A stretch of DNA of 64,000 nucleotides. Source: an uncultured Acidobacteriota bacterium (lineage in GTDB: Bacteria > Acidobacteriota > Vicinamibacteria > Vicinamibacterales > Fen-181). A model generated the notes under the pieces. It had not been told where the DNA came from. It saw only the letters and a program-made list of their open reading frames with translations, and ran no database searches. The DNA is taken from positions 370,435 through 434,434 of the forward strand of contig CAVZMW010000006.1 of the NCBI GenBank assembly GCA_963776495.1, given 5' to 3'. This document shows positions 24,272 to 33,936 of this stretch, one piece after another (positions within the stretch are counted from its first letter, which is position 1; every line of letters starts with the position of its first letter). Position numbers and translations under genes: made by a program.

Positions 24272-26398
24272 TTACGGCCTCGCGGCTTTTCGCCAGGGCC
24301 GGAGCCCGGGGTAGGGCGTACGGTTTCGGTACACGATCCAGAATGCCGCGGTCAGGATGGCTGCGCCGGCCAGAAAGACGCCCCACCCGGCCTTGTCGAT
24401 CGGAAGCTCGAAATGTCCGAGCAGGAGTCCCGTCGCGTTGTTGAGCGCGTGCCAGACCATCGCCGGGAAGATCGATCCGGTGAGCAGCGTGATCGCGGCC
24501 AGCAGCACGCCGAGGAACGCCGTCGGGGCAATCCTGAACAGCGACACGTGGAAGAACCCGAACACGAGGCCGACGACTACCGCGAGCGCCGCCGGATGCA
24601 GCCGGCCCCGCAGCCCGTGCAGCAGGGCGCCGCGGAAGGCGATCTCTTCGAAGATCCCGGGAAGGACCGTCAGCAGGGGCACGATCTGCCACAGCGGGAC
24701 CTTCTCGGGCATCAGTTGCTGGCCGAAGCTCTCCAGCATCTGCGGCGACACCGGCAGGACCAGACTCGCGAGCTTGAAGACGCCGACGCCGGTCACGAGA
24801 CCCGCGGGGGCGGCGACGAGAACGGCGAGCCACACGGCCGGCTTCACGGGCCGAAGCGCCAGCACTTGCCGGTAGTCGAGCCGGTAGCGCCGGATCATCA
24901 GGACGGTGCCCCCGAAGAAGATGCCGACGACGTTGATGAGCACCTGCACGCGGATGTCGGCGTCGCCCGGCATGTTCAACGCGATGACGAACACCAGCGC
25001 CCACATCACCGCGAACCACCGCAGCACGTGACGGGGGAACAGGGCCGGGCCGCCCCTGAGGTCGGCGCTGTCGGCCTCGCTCGCCGTGATGAGCTTCTCG
25101 GTGGACAGCGTTCGCACCGCGAGCCGTGACGTCCAGAGCGCGGCCATCGCCGTCACGACCCAGGCCGCCACGATCATCGGCCAGTCGAACTCGCCGATGA
25201 GGACCTCCTTCACCGCGACGCTCAGGTTTGCCACGGGCACCACGACGATCGCCGATCGCAGCGTCACGCCGGGCAGGAAGGGCGCCAGCGCCGGGACCAT
25301 CCCGAGCAGGAAGACGGGGAAGAAGTAGAGCTGCGCCTCCTTGTAGGACCTGGCGTACCCCGACACCAGCAGCAGGACGCTCGACGCGAGCGCGGCCACG
25401 GGCAGGTAGAGCACGAGCAGCAGCAGCGCCACGTGCGGCGGCACGGCGGCCGCGAAGCCGGCCGAGACCGGGATCAGCTTCAGGCTCACGTAGACGAGGA
25501 AGTTCATCACCTGGATCACGGTGATCACGAGCGCCACCGAGAGGATGACCAGGTGCTTGGCGGTGATGATCTCGATGCGGCTGGCCGCGCTCGTGAGCAG
25601 CGTCTCGAGCGTGCCCCGCTCCTTCTCCCCGGCGAGCGAGTCGGTGGCCACCACGGCGCCGCCCGACATGATGAACATGAGGAGCATGATCGTCAGCAGC
25701 CGGCCGAGCGTCAGCCCGGCCACCTGGCCAACGGTGGCGACGTCCCGATCGACGACGGCCCCGACCTGCGCGGGGTTCACCGGGAATCCGCGATCGGTGA
25801 GCAGTTCGTCGCGTCGCGCCTGCCGGACCTCGCGCAGGGCGTCCCGCATCTTCGCGGCCCCGCTGGCGGACAGATCGCGGTCGGCCCGGAAGACGATGCG
25901 GACCGACGGCGCCCCCGGCCTGGGGACCTCGGGGCCGCCGGTGTCGGTTGGCGTCTGCTCCGCGGCCCCGCCCGACGTCGCGGGACCTTTCACCGCCGCG
26001 GTCTTCCGCTCGGCGTCGCGCCGGGCGTCCTCGGCCCGGCGGCCCTCCAGGTAGAAGGCAATGTCGCCCTTCTCGAGCGCCCCGCCCGGCGACTTGACCT
26101 CGACCTCCCTGAACCTGAACCCCCCGCCGCCCCCGGCGGTTCCCCGCGGCGCGCGCGGCGCGATCGACCCGACGAGGGATCGCACCGCGCCGGCCTCGCT
26201 GCCGGTGACGGCGTAGGCGTAGGTGGTCCCGGCCAGCGTCCGCTCCCGCCGCTGCTGGGACCAGTGCGAGCCGAAGAGGATCAGCGGCATGACCAGCAGC
26301 GGCAGCACGATCGACACGACGATCGTGCGCCGGTCGCGCAGCACCATGCGCAGCTCGTTCACGTACAGCGCGCCGACGGCCGATGGCCCGCTCCTCAT
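24272..26398 (-). CDS. Fusion protein: ABC-2-type (NatB-like) permease + C-terminal CPBP (CAAX/Abi) intramembrane glutamic protease
   Basis: The N-terminal LYVNELRMVLRDRRTIVVSIVLPLLVMP and a large extracytoplasmic loop followed by 5-6 TM segments fit an ABC-2 permease. The C-terminal EEIAFRGALLHGL, FGFFHV and MVWHALNNA are CPBP motifs 1-3. Confidence 0.75.
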   Translation of the reverse strand: MRSGPSAVGALYVNELRMVLRDRRTIVVSIVLPLLVMPLILFGSHWSQQRRERTLAGTTYAYAVTGSEAGAVRSLVGSIAPRAPRGTAGGGGGFRFREVEVKSPGGALEKGDIAFYLEGRRAEDARRDAERKTAAVKGPATSGGAAEQTPTDTGGPEVPRPGAPSVRIVFRADRDLSASGAAKMRDALREVRQARRDELLTDRGFPVNPAQVGAVVDRDVATVGQVAGLTLGRLLTIMLLMFIMSGGAVVATDSLAGEKERGTLETLLTSAASRIEIITAKHLVILSVALVITVIQVMNFLVYVSLKLIPVSAGFAAAVPPHVALLLLVLYLPVAALASSVLLLVSGYARSYKEAQLYFFPVFLLGMVPALAPFLPGVTLRSAIVVVPVANLSVAVKEVLIGEFDWPMIVAAWVVTAMAALWTSRLAVRTLSTEKLITASEADSADLRGGPALFPRHVLRWFAVMWALVFVIALNMPGDADIRVQVLINVVGIFFGGTVLMIRRYRLDYRQVLALRPVKPAVWLAVLVAAPAGLVTGVGVFKLASLVLPVSPQMLESFGQQLMPEKVPLWQIVPLLTVLPGIFEEIAFRGALLHGLRGRLHPAALAVVVGLVFGFFHVSLFRIAPTAFLGVLLAAITLLTGSIFPAMVWHALNNATGLLLGHFELPIDKAGWGVFLAGAAILTAAFWIVYRNRTPYPGLRPWRKAARP

Positions 26399-26425
26399 AC
26401 GCGCCTGCCCGGGTCGCCGCCTCGC

Positions 26426-27175
26426 CTATCCATTCGCCCGCTCCACGTAGTGCACGAAGATGTCCTCGAGGTAGCGCTGGCCCGTCGCCTCGCGGAGTCC
26501 CGCGAGCGTGTCGCACGCGTGGATGCGCCCGCGGTGGATGACGGCGATGCGGTCGCAGAGCTTCTCGGCCTCGCTCATGATGTGGGTCGAGAAGATGATG
26601 GCCTTCCCCTCGGCCCGCAGCTCCGCGATGACCTTCTGCATGTCGATCGCGTTGAGCACGTCGAGCCCCACCGTGGGCTCGTCGAAGATCAGGACCGGCG
26701 GGTCGTGCGCGACCGTCCGCGCGATCGACACCTTCTGCTTCATGCCCTGCGAGAGCTTGTCGATCCTGGAGCCCGCGTACTCGCCGAGGCCGAAGCGGGC
26801 GACCAGGGCCGTCACGCGATCGGCCAGGCGGTCGGAGGGCACCCCGTTGATGCGGGCGAAGAAGTCGAGCGTCTCGCGCACCGTGAGCCGCGGGTAGAGC
26901 GCCGTGGACGCCGAGAAGAAGCCGAGGCTTCGCCGCACGGCTTCGGGCTCGACCGCGACGTCGTGGCCCATCACCGCCGCGCGTCCCCCCGAGGGCACGA
27001 GAATCGTGGCGAGCATGCGCAGCGTCGTCGTCTTGCCGGCCCCGTTGGCGCCGAGCAGCCCGAAGATCTCGCCCGCGTGGGCTTCGAAGTCGATCCCGTC
27101 CACCGCGCGGATCTCGCCGCGGCTCTCGTCGTAGAAGACCTTGGTCAGCCCGCTGACCGAGACCGGTGCCGTCAT
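26426..27175 (-). CDS. ABC transporter ATP-binding protein
   Basis: It has Walker A GANGAGKTT, the signature LSQGMKQK, Walker B VLIFDEPTVGLD and an H-loop FSTH. An ATGA overlap joins it to the upstream permease. Confidence 0.92.
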   Translation of the reverse strand: MTAPVSVSGLTKVFYDESRGEIRAVDGIDFEAHAGEIFGLLGANGAGKTTTLRMLATILVPSGGRAAVMGHDVAVEPEAVRRSLGFFSASTALYPRLTVRETLDFFARINGVPSDRLADRVTALVARFGLGEYAGSRIDKLSQGMKQKVSIARTVAHDPPVLIFDEPTVGLDVLNAIDMQKVIAELRAEGKAIIFSTHIMSEAEKLCDRIAVIHRGRIHACDTLAGLREATGQRYLEDIFVHYVERANG

Positions 27176-28488
27176 CGCCTGGTCCCTCCCGCCGCGCTCG
27201 CCGGCGTGTTCGCGCCTTTCAAGACCCGCTCCCGCACGAAGGTGCTGAGACGTCCGCCGTAGGAGCCGATCATCACGTCCTCGAACCGCACGATGAAGGT
27301 CGCCAGCCACAGCAGCGCGGCGACGGCCGCGAGCGACACGCAGACGGTCACCCCGATCTGGGGCCAGTGGAACGTCCCGGCGATCGCTTCGCGCACCACC
27401 ATCGTCAGGTCGATCACCGGGATGGCGGCGAGCGCGAAGGAGAACTCGAGGCCGGGGACCTGCAGGAACATCACGGGGACCATGATGAGCAGGTAGAACG
27501 GCGTGATCATCGACTGGCCTTCCTTGAACGTGCGGGCGAAGGCCGCGAAGACCATCATGCCGGCCGCGATGAACCCCGCCAGCAGCACGGCCGCCACCGC
27601 CATGACCGGCAGGGCCGCGAGAGGCATCGAGAACTCGAGGGTCTCGCCGGCCTTCGCCACGAGCGGTCCGAGGATCGGCTTCATGCTCAGCGTCATCGCC
27701 GCCAGGTTGAGCAGGCCGGCCACGCACCCGAACGTCAGCACGTGCAGGTACTTCGCGGTGACGATGCTGCCCCTCGAGGCCGAGGTCGTCATCAGCGTCT
27801 CCCACGTGTTGCGCTCGCGCTCGCCCGCCGTGGCGTCGATGGCCGGGTAGAAGCACCCGACCGCCACCATGATCACGAAGAAGAGCGGGAGCATCAGCCC
27901 GAGGAGGAACGCGCCCATCTGTTTGTTCGACGCGACGTTCCGGCTCTCGAGCGTGAAGACCTGCCAGGCCACGGGGGTCACGCCCCGCGCCAGGGCCTCG
28001 CGCTCCAGCCACGCCTGCCGGTAGCGGCCGACGACGGTGGTGAGGCGATCCAGGGCGGCGACGCTGCGCTCCTTGGACTTGTTGCAGGTGACGCGAAGCT
28101 GGAAGTTGCCCGCCAGGCCGGGTGCGTCCGGCGCGGCGGCCACGAACGCCGCCACGGCGTCGAGGTCGCCGCTCGCGAGCCGGCGCGCGGCCGCGGCGGG
28201 GTCCGTCGTCGGGACGATCTGGAACCGCGTGTCGCGCTCGATCTCGCGCTTCAGCGCGGCATGCTGCCGGGGCCACCCCGTCACCATGATCCGCGACCGG
28301 TAGCCCTCGGTCTGGCCCTGCACGAACGTGAGCCCGGTGAACGCGGCCCACAGGATGAAGGGGTACAACAGGACCGGGATCAGGATGCTGTTGACGACGA
28401 TGGTCCGCTCGCGCAGCGCCGACCGGACCTCGCGCAGGTAGAGCACGCGGATGTCGTGGACCCGGCTCGATCGTCCTGCCTGTGCCAT
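27172..28488 (-). CDS. ABC-2-type (NatB-like) transporter permease
   Basis: YLREVRSALRERTIVVNSILIPVLLYPFILW is followed by a large loop and a C-terminal multi-TM bundle. It is the first gene of a three-gene exporter operon. Confidence 0.8.
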   Translation of the reverse strand: MAQAGRSSRVHDIRVLYLREVRSALRERTIVVNSILIPVLLYPFILWAAFTGLTFVQGQTEGYRSRIMVTGWPRQHAALKREIERDTRFQIVPTTDPAAAARRLASGDLDAVAAFVAAAPDAPGLAGNFQLRVTCNKSKERSVAALDRLTTVVGRYRQAWLEREALARGVTPVAWQVFTLESRNVASNKQMGAFLLGLMLPLFFVIMVAVGCFYPAIDATAGERERNTWETLMTTSASRGSIVTAKYLHVLTFGCVAGLLNLAAMTLSMKPILGPLVAKAGETLEFSMPLAALPVMAVAAVLLAGFIAAGMMVFAAFARTFKEGQSMITPFYLLIMVPVMFLQVPGLEFSFALAAIPVIDLTMVVREAIAGTFHWPQIGVTVCVSLAAVAALLWLATFIVRFEDVMIGSYGGRLSTFVRERVLKGANTPASAAGGTRR

Positions 28489-28528
28489 AACGATGGCCGG
28501 ATCCTACCAGACATCGCGGGGCGGCGCG

Positions 28529-31054
28529 CTACTCGTTGCGCAGCGCGACCACGGGATCGACGCGCGTGGCGCGCCGTGCCGGCAGGTAACAGGCCAGGGC
28601 GGTGACCAGCCCGAGAAACGCCATCGCGCCGGCGAACGTGAGCGGATCGGACGCGCTGACGTTCACCAGCATGCCGCCCGACATGCGCGCGGCCGCCAGG
28701 GCGATGACGCCGCCGGCGACGAGCCCGGGCACCGTCAGTCGAAGGCCTTGCCTCAGCACCAACCCGAGGACCGCGCCGGGCGGCGCGCCGAGCGCGGTGC
28801 GGATGCCCATCTCCCGGGTGCGCTGGCTCACCGCGAAGCTCATGACGCCGTAGAGCCCGAGAGCCGCGAGAAGCAGCGAGATCCCGCCCACCACGCCCAG
28901 CAGGCTCGCGGCCACGTGCTGCGCGTAGAGCGACCCGGTGTTCGCCTCCGACAACAGCCTCGTGCTGAACACCGCGTCCTGGTTGAGGGCCAGCGCCTCG
29001 CGGCGAAGATCGGCGGTCATCGGCAGCGGGTCGCCGCGGGTCTTGAGGAAAACCGTGAAGTTCAGGCCGGGCGCGAACCACTGGCGGAACGGCACGTAGA
29101 AGAACGGCATCGGGCCCTCGACGGGCGAGTGGTACTTGCTGTCCTTCACCACGCCAACCACCGTGGCCGGGCGCGCTCCGAGCCGGACCGTGCGGCCGAG
29201 CGGGCTCCTGCCGCCGAAGAAACGGCCGGCGAACGTCTCGTTCACGACGATCACCGTCGGCGCCTCGGCCGTGTCGGCTTCACTGAAGTCGCGGCCGTCG
29301 AGCAGCCGGATGCCGAGCAGGCCGAAGTAGCCCGGCGGAACGGTGGCGCGGTGGATCATCATCTGTTCGTTTCGCGCCGGCGCGTATCCCTCGACGTCGA
29401 GCTGCTGCCACGGTGTCGAGCCGGCCCCGGAGGCCGTGGACATCGGGATCACATCCGAATAGGTGACGCCGACGACGCCGGCCTTCGACTCCATCCGCTC
29501 GCGAAGGAGCCGGCAGAACTCGCGCTGCTCCTGGGCCGAGTAGCCGGCGTTCGAGAGGTAGAACTGCGACACCGAGACGTTCGTCCGGTCGAACCCCGGC
29601 TCGACGAGGCTGGCGTTCCTGAAGCTGCGGGAGAAGAGACCGGCGCCGACCAGCGCCACCATCGCCAGGGCCACTTCCGAGACCACGAGCAGGCCCTGCC
29701 AGCGGTGCGACCTGGAGCCGACGGCCCCGCTCCGGCCGCCCTCCTTGAGCGCCTCGTTCGGCCCGGACCGACCGGTGAGCAGCGCCGGGATCGTGCCCGA
29801 CAGCAGCGTCGTCGCGACGGCAATCAGCGCGACGACGCCGAGCGTCGCCGCGCTCATCCCCGACCCGAACTGCAGCGGGATATCGACGACGGGCAGGAGG
29901 AAGAGGAGGAGCGACCGGCCCATCCACCAGGCCAGCGCGACGCCGACCACCGCGCCGCCCGCCGCGAGCAGCGAGGTTTCGGCGAGCAGCTGCGCGGCGA
30001 GCCGCGCGCGCGATGCCCCTATCGCCAGGCGGATGGCGAACTCCCGCTGTCGCGACACGCCCCGGGCCAGCAGCAGGTTCGCCACGTTGGCGCAGACGAT
30101 GAGCAAGAGGACGAGCGAGATCGCCATCAGGATCCGCAGCGGCTGGAGCAGGATCCCCTGCGCGCCGAGATGCCCCCGCCAGATCGGGGTGACCGTCAGG
30201 TCGACGCCCCTGTTGGTGGCGGGGTAACTGGCCGCGAGACGCCGGCCGAGCGCGGCGACCTCCTCGCGCGCCTGCTCGAGGGTGACGCCTGGCCGGAGCC
30301 GCACGATCGTGGACGTCTCGTCGCGCGTCCCGCGGGAGTGCAGGGTGCCGTCGCCGGTGCCCATCGCGGTGGCCATGACGACCGGGATCCAGACGTCGTA
30401 GACCACGCCGGCCGTCGTGCCGCGAAAATCCGGCGGCGCGACGCCCACGATCGTCAGCGGGTGCCGGTTCACGCGGATCGTCCTGCCCAGGACGCTCCTG
30501 TCGCCGGCGAACCTGGCCCGCCACATGCGGTAGCTGATCACCGCGACCGGCGCGCCGCCATCGTCGGCTCGGCCCTCCTCGGGCAGGAAGCCGCGGCCCA
30601 GCACCGGCTCGACCCGGAGGACGTCGAAGTAGTTCGCCGAGACGAGTTCGGCCCAGGCGCGCTCGGTCTTGCCGTCGGCGCCGAGGCTCAACGGCGTGAA
30701 CCGGCCGAGGGCGACGCCCGAGACCAGTCTCAGGTCGTCGCGGTAGTCGCGGTAGTCGAGATAGGACGTGTTGACCAGGAACTCCCCGGTCGGCGTCACG
30801 GTTTCGATGAGGGCCAGACCCCGCGCGTCGCCGACGCCGGGAAACGGGTGCAGCAGGACGCCGTCGATCCAGCTGAACACGGTCGCATTGACCGCGACAC
30901 CCAGGCCGAGCGTGAGAACGGCGAAGGAGGTGAACCACGGGCTGCGCCGCAGGATCCGGAACCCATAGCTCGCGTCGCCCGCCAGGAGAGAGAACCACCG
31001 GGACGCCGGTCCGCGGTCGGGCTCCGATACTGGTGGCGCGGAACGATCGTCCAT
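28529..31054 (-). CDS. ADOP-family duplicated FtsX/MacB-type permease
   Basis: YGFRILRRSPWFTSFAVLTLGLGVAVNATVFS is followed by a MacB periplasmic domain, and the FtsX 4-TM unit occurs twice (841 aa). This architecture is known as the acidobacterial duplicated orphan permease. Confidence 0.85.
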   Translation of the reverse strand: MDDRSAPPVSEPDRGPASRWFSLLAGDASYGFRILRRSPWFTSFAVLTLGLGVAVNATVFSWIDGVLLHPFPGVGDARGLALIETVTPTGEFLVNTSYLDYRDYRDDLRLVSGVALGRFTPLSLGADGKTERAWAELVSANYFDVLRVEPVLGRGFLPEEGRADDGGAPVAVISYRMWRARFAGDRSVLGRTIRVNRHPLTIVGVAPPDFRGTTAGVVYDVWIPVVMATAMGTGDGTLHSRGTRDETSTIVRLRPGVTLEQAREEVAALGRRLAASYPATNRGVDLTVTPIWRGHLGAQGILLQPLRILMAISLVLLLIVCANVANLLLARGVSRQREFAIRLAIGASRARLAAQLLAETSLLAAGGAVVGVALAWWMGRSLLLFLLPVVDIPLQFGSGMSAATLGVVALIAVATTLLSGTIPALLTGRSGPNEALKEGGRSGAVGSRSHRWQGLLVVSEVALAMVALVGAGLFSRSFRNASLVEPGFDRTNVSVSQFYLSNAGYSAQEQREFCRLLRERMESKAGVVGVTYSDVIPMSTASGAGSTPWQQLDVEGYAPARNEQMMIHRATVPPGYFGLLGIRLLDGRDFSEADTAEAPTVIVVNETFAGRFFGGRSPLGRTVRLGARPATVVGVVKDSKYHSPVEGPMPFFYVPFRQWFAPGLNFTVFLKTRGDPLPMTADLRREALALNQDAVFSTRLLSEANTGSLYAQHVAASLLGVVGGISLLLAALGLYGVMSFAVSQRTREMGIRTALGAPPGAVLGLVLRQGLRLTVPGLVAGGVIALAAARMSGGMLVNVSASDPLTFAGAMAFLGLVTALACYLPARRATRVDPVVALRNE

Positions 31055-31196
31055 CGGAACCCTCGGGTGAATGCGTCGGGGCGGCGCGTTTCAGATTGGG
31101 GAGGCCGCGCGAGCTTCTGTCCTGTGGATACGTCGGCGGTCCGCTGCCGGTTCCCCTGATGGTGGTCGCCGACCGGCGCCTTTGCGGGCGCCGGCG

Positions 31197-31685
31197 CTAC
31201 TTCGGGATCGACAGCGCCTTGATGTCGCCGTACTGCCCGGTGACCAGCCGGCGATGGTAGTCGATCTGGCCGAGATGGTAGGCGAGGTGCGTGGCCATGT
31301 GGAGCAGCGCGAGGCCCGTCGGAAGCTGGGCGCCCCCGAGTTGATCCGGGAACGGCTGCTCCAGCGCGTCCTCGCCGAGCGTGGCGAAGCCGCGGGAGAC
31401 CGCCTCCAGCGCCGCGTCGCACTCGGCCAGGAGCGCCGCGCGCGACACGTCGCGCCGGCTGAACTCCGCGGCGCGCTCTCTCACGTAGCCGGTCCCGCCG
31501 AACAGCGCGCCGACGAAGTGCTGCAGGTTGCCGCACAGGTGAAGGGCCAGCGTCCCGGCGGAGTTCTTCGTGCCGGGCGGCACGGCCCAGATCTGCCGCT
31601 CTTCCGGGTAGGCCGCCAGCTCGTCGCGGAGCGTCATGGCGTCCCGGACGAACACGCGATGCAAGTACTCGCAGTTCATCGTCAA
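31197..31685 (-). CDS. DinB-superfamily four-helix-bundle protein
   Basis: The histidine triad pattern ALHLCGNLQHFVG...HMATHLAYHLGQIDY is present in a 162-aa product. Confidence 0.8.
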   Translation of the reverse strand: MTMNCEYLHRVFVRDAMTLRDELAAYPEERQIWAVPPGTKNSAGTLALHLCGNLQHFVGALFGGTGYVRERAAEFSRRDVSRAALLAECDAALEAVSRGFATLGEDALEQPFPDQLGGAQLPTGLALLHMATHLAYHLGQIDYHRRLVTGQYGDIKALSIPK

Positions 31686-31772
31686 CTCCCGTCTTCGATC
31701 AGCATCCTGCGTGACGTGCCGGCAGGGGTCGGAGCTCTGACGTCCGTAAGGCGTACGGCGTAAGCCGCCGTG

Positions 31773-33746
31773 TCAGCGCGCCGCTTCCTCCGTGTCTGGC
31801 GACGCGGAGATGCCCGTCTGCGGCTGTCCGGCGACGAACTTCGTGAGCGTGGCGGCCAGCGCCTCGAGCGAGCCGCCGCCGGCGCCGCCGACCACCAGGA
31901 TCTGCGGCACGATCTGCATCTTCTTGTCGGCCAGCACCGTCGCCACGTTGACGGCCATCGTCCCCGCCGCGCCGATCGCCTGGGTCTGGGCGCGGAACCC
32001 CGCGGCCTTGGCGAGCCCCTGCGCCTCGATGACCTCGGCCTGCGCCACGCCGGTCTGCTTGGTGTAGGACGCGAGGCCGCGCCCCTCGGCCGACTTCGCG
32101 TTCGCGTTGTTGTCGGCGATCGTGATGCCGACCTCCGAGCGCGCCAGGTCCTTCTGCATGTCGGCCTTGCCGGTGGCCGCCTCGGTCGCCACGCGCTGGT
32201 CCTGCGCGTCCTTCTGCTTCTTGAACGTCTCGATCTCCTGGTTCGCGATTTCGCGCTCGGTCAGCACCTTCACCAGCTCCGGCGGGTAGACGACGTCCTG
32301 GATGTAGACGCCCCGCGTCTCGACCTCGTAGGCGTCGAGCTGCCGCGAGATGTGCTCGAACGCCTCGGTCTGGACGAGCTGGCGCGTCTCGATGAACGCC
32401 GTCGCCTTCATCCCGCCCAGCTTGTCGCGGAACAGGTTGCCGACCGCGGCCTGCAGCACCTCGTTGACCAGGTTCAGCATCGACCCGACCATCGAGATGA
32501 CCCGCGGCGCCTTGGTGTCGGGCACGTGGATGAGCACTTGCAGGTCGATGTTGAAGACGAACCCCTCGCGGCTCTTCGCCGTGATCGTCTCGAGTCCCTT
32601 GTCGAGGTTGTGCGCCTGCGAGCTGGCCGTGGACCAGTTCAGGTTCAGGATGGCGGTCGGCACGATTTCGGCCTGGTAGACGCGCGGGTTGATCGGGTAC
32701 TTGCCGGTGCGCAGCGGTTCCTCCCAGATGCCGCGATGGCCGGGGCGCACGAGGCTGCCGAACTTGAAGTCCTTCCCCGAGGTGTCCTCGGTCGGCAGGC
32801 CGACGTAGGACTTGATGACCGCCACCTGGCCCTGCTCGACGACGAGCATGGGCACCTTCTCGACGCGCACCAGGAACGGGTTGAGGTTGTAGGCGCCGTA
32901 GAGCAGCGGGTCGTGCTGCAGCCCGATCTTGCCGCCCCGCTCGAGGAAGAGTTGGAAATCCTGGTAGGCGCTGTGCTCGCCGTTCTTCGACCCGAGGATC
33001 GTTTCGATCATCGTCTCGTTGGCGATGACTTCGCCCTTGGCGTCGGCGGCGTCCTCGAGCCGCCTGATGTCGTCGAACCCGCCCAGCCGGCTGGCGATGT
33101 CGCCGGCCGGCAGCGACTCGCCCTCGAGCGTGGTGATGAGCCCCACCATGTCGAGCACCTTGCCGCTCTCGGTGGCCTTGGGCTCGATGCGGGTCACGTC
33201 GAGTTGCTCGGGCGCGAGGCCGAAGGTCGCGAAGCTCAGGTTGCCCTTCTTGTCCCGGAGTTCCTCGGCCACCGGCACGCCGAAGATCCGCGGCTTGGTG
33301 ATGACGAGAAAGGCCACCGGGTGGATCGGCGCCAGCGTGCCCGGCGACAGCACCGGGCGCTGCACGCCTTTCTGCCCGCCGGCCTTCACGAAGTTGCGAA
33401 GGTCGCTGAAGCTGGCGAACGCCGGCTGGTAGACCGCCGACTTGGCGCCGATGGGCAAGGGCTTTCCGACCTGCGCGATGACGACGCCAATCTGGCCGGC
33501 GGGCACCTGGACCCACGGGTGCTTCGACACGGCGAAGACCAGGATGAACTGGAACCGCAGGCCGGGCATCAGGAGGTCGGCCTGGTAGCCGGCCTCGCCC
33601 TCGAGGGCGATGGGGTTGTCGCCGGGCAGCTTCCGCCCGAACCGCTTCCGCACCAGCCCGACCTCGGTCGGGCCGATGGAGTAGATCGACATCAGGATGA
33701 GGATCGCGAGAACGACCGCGACCGCGAGCGTGACTGGGCCGAACAT
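31773..33746 (-). CDS. SPFH/Band-7 flotillin-like protein (YqiK-type)
   Basis: It has an N-terminal TM segment, then an SPFH domain (GPTEVGLVRKRFG...) and a long coiled-coil/Ala-rich C-terminal region. Confidence 0.85.
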   Translation of the reverse strand: MFGPVTLAVAVVLAILILMSIYSIGPTEVGLVRKRFGRKLPGDNPIALEGEAGYQADLLMPGLRFQFILVFAVSKHPWVQVPAGQIGVVIAQVGKPLPIGAKSAVYQPAFASFSDLRNFVKAGGQKGVQRPVLSPGTLAPIHPVAFLVITKPRIFGVPVAEELRDKKGNLSFATFGLAPEQLDVTRIEPKATESGKVLDMVGLITTLEGESLPAGDIASRLGGFDDIRRLEDAADAKGEVIANETMIETILGSKNGEHSAYQDFQLFLERGGKIGLQHDPLLYGAYNLNPFLVRVEKVPMLVVEQGQVAVIKSYVGLPTEDTSGKDFKFGSLVRPGHRGIWEEPLRTGKYPINPRVYQAEIVPTAILNLNWSTASSQAHNLDKGLETITAKSREGFVFNIDLQVLIHVPDTKAPRVISMVGSMLNLVNEVLQAAVGNLFRDKLGGMKATAFIETRQLVQTEAFEHISRQLDAYEVETRGVYIQDVVYPPELVKVLTEREIANQEIETFKKQKDAQDQRVATEAATGKADMQKDLARSEVGITIADNNANAKSAEGRGLASYTKQTGVAQAEVIEAQGLAKAAGFRAQTQAIGAAGTMAVNVATVLADKKMQIVPQILVVGGAGGGSLEALAATLTKFVAGQPQTGISASPDTEEAAR

Positions 33747-33805
33747 TGAGGAGCTCCTTTCGACCGGTGCGGCACAACGTTGCCCTTGGAACTCAGCAAT
33801 GTCAA

Positions 33806-33871
33806 GTCGGGGATCGGGGGTCGGGGGTCAGGGATCGGGGATCGGGCACGAGGGACGTAAGGCGCGAGGCG
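33806..33871. repeat. Tandem GGGGATC/GGGGGTC heptamers followed by a CGTAAGGC-like unit
   Basis: The sequence is gtcggggatcgggggtcgggggtcagggatcggggatcggg ... gacgtaaggcgcgaggcgg. It lies in the divergent region between the flotillin gene and the unknown gene. Confidence 0.8.
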
Positions 33872-33936
33872 GAAGCCAGTTCTGTTGATCCAGCCCGGCT
33901 GCAGCGCTAGCATGTGCTCCGAAGGGGGCTGTCATC

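Noticed and set aside
23206-24444. The 412-aa ORF treated as an intact protein.
   Set aside because: After about residue 95 the translation degenerates into Arg/Pro/Gly repeats. The homologous continuation of the YfcH-type protein is in another frame (23480..24133), so the locus is called as frameshifted.
26426-28351. The 641-aa ORF treated as a single gene.
   Set aside because: Only the C-terminal 249 aa (from MTAPVSVSGL...) is an ABC ATPase. The N-terminal part is an out-of-frame shadow of the real ABC-2 permease gene (27172..28488).
2187-33871. The short tandem repeats considered as CRISPR arrays.
   Set aside because: The units are only 7-8 nt and directly abutting, with no unique spacers. 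No 25-40 nt repeat periodicity is present, and no cas genes are in the window.
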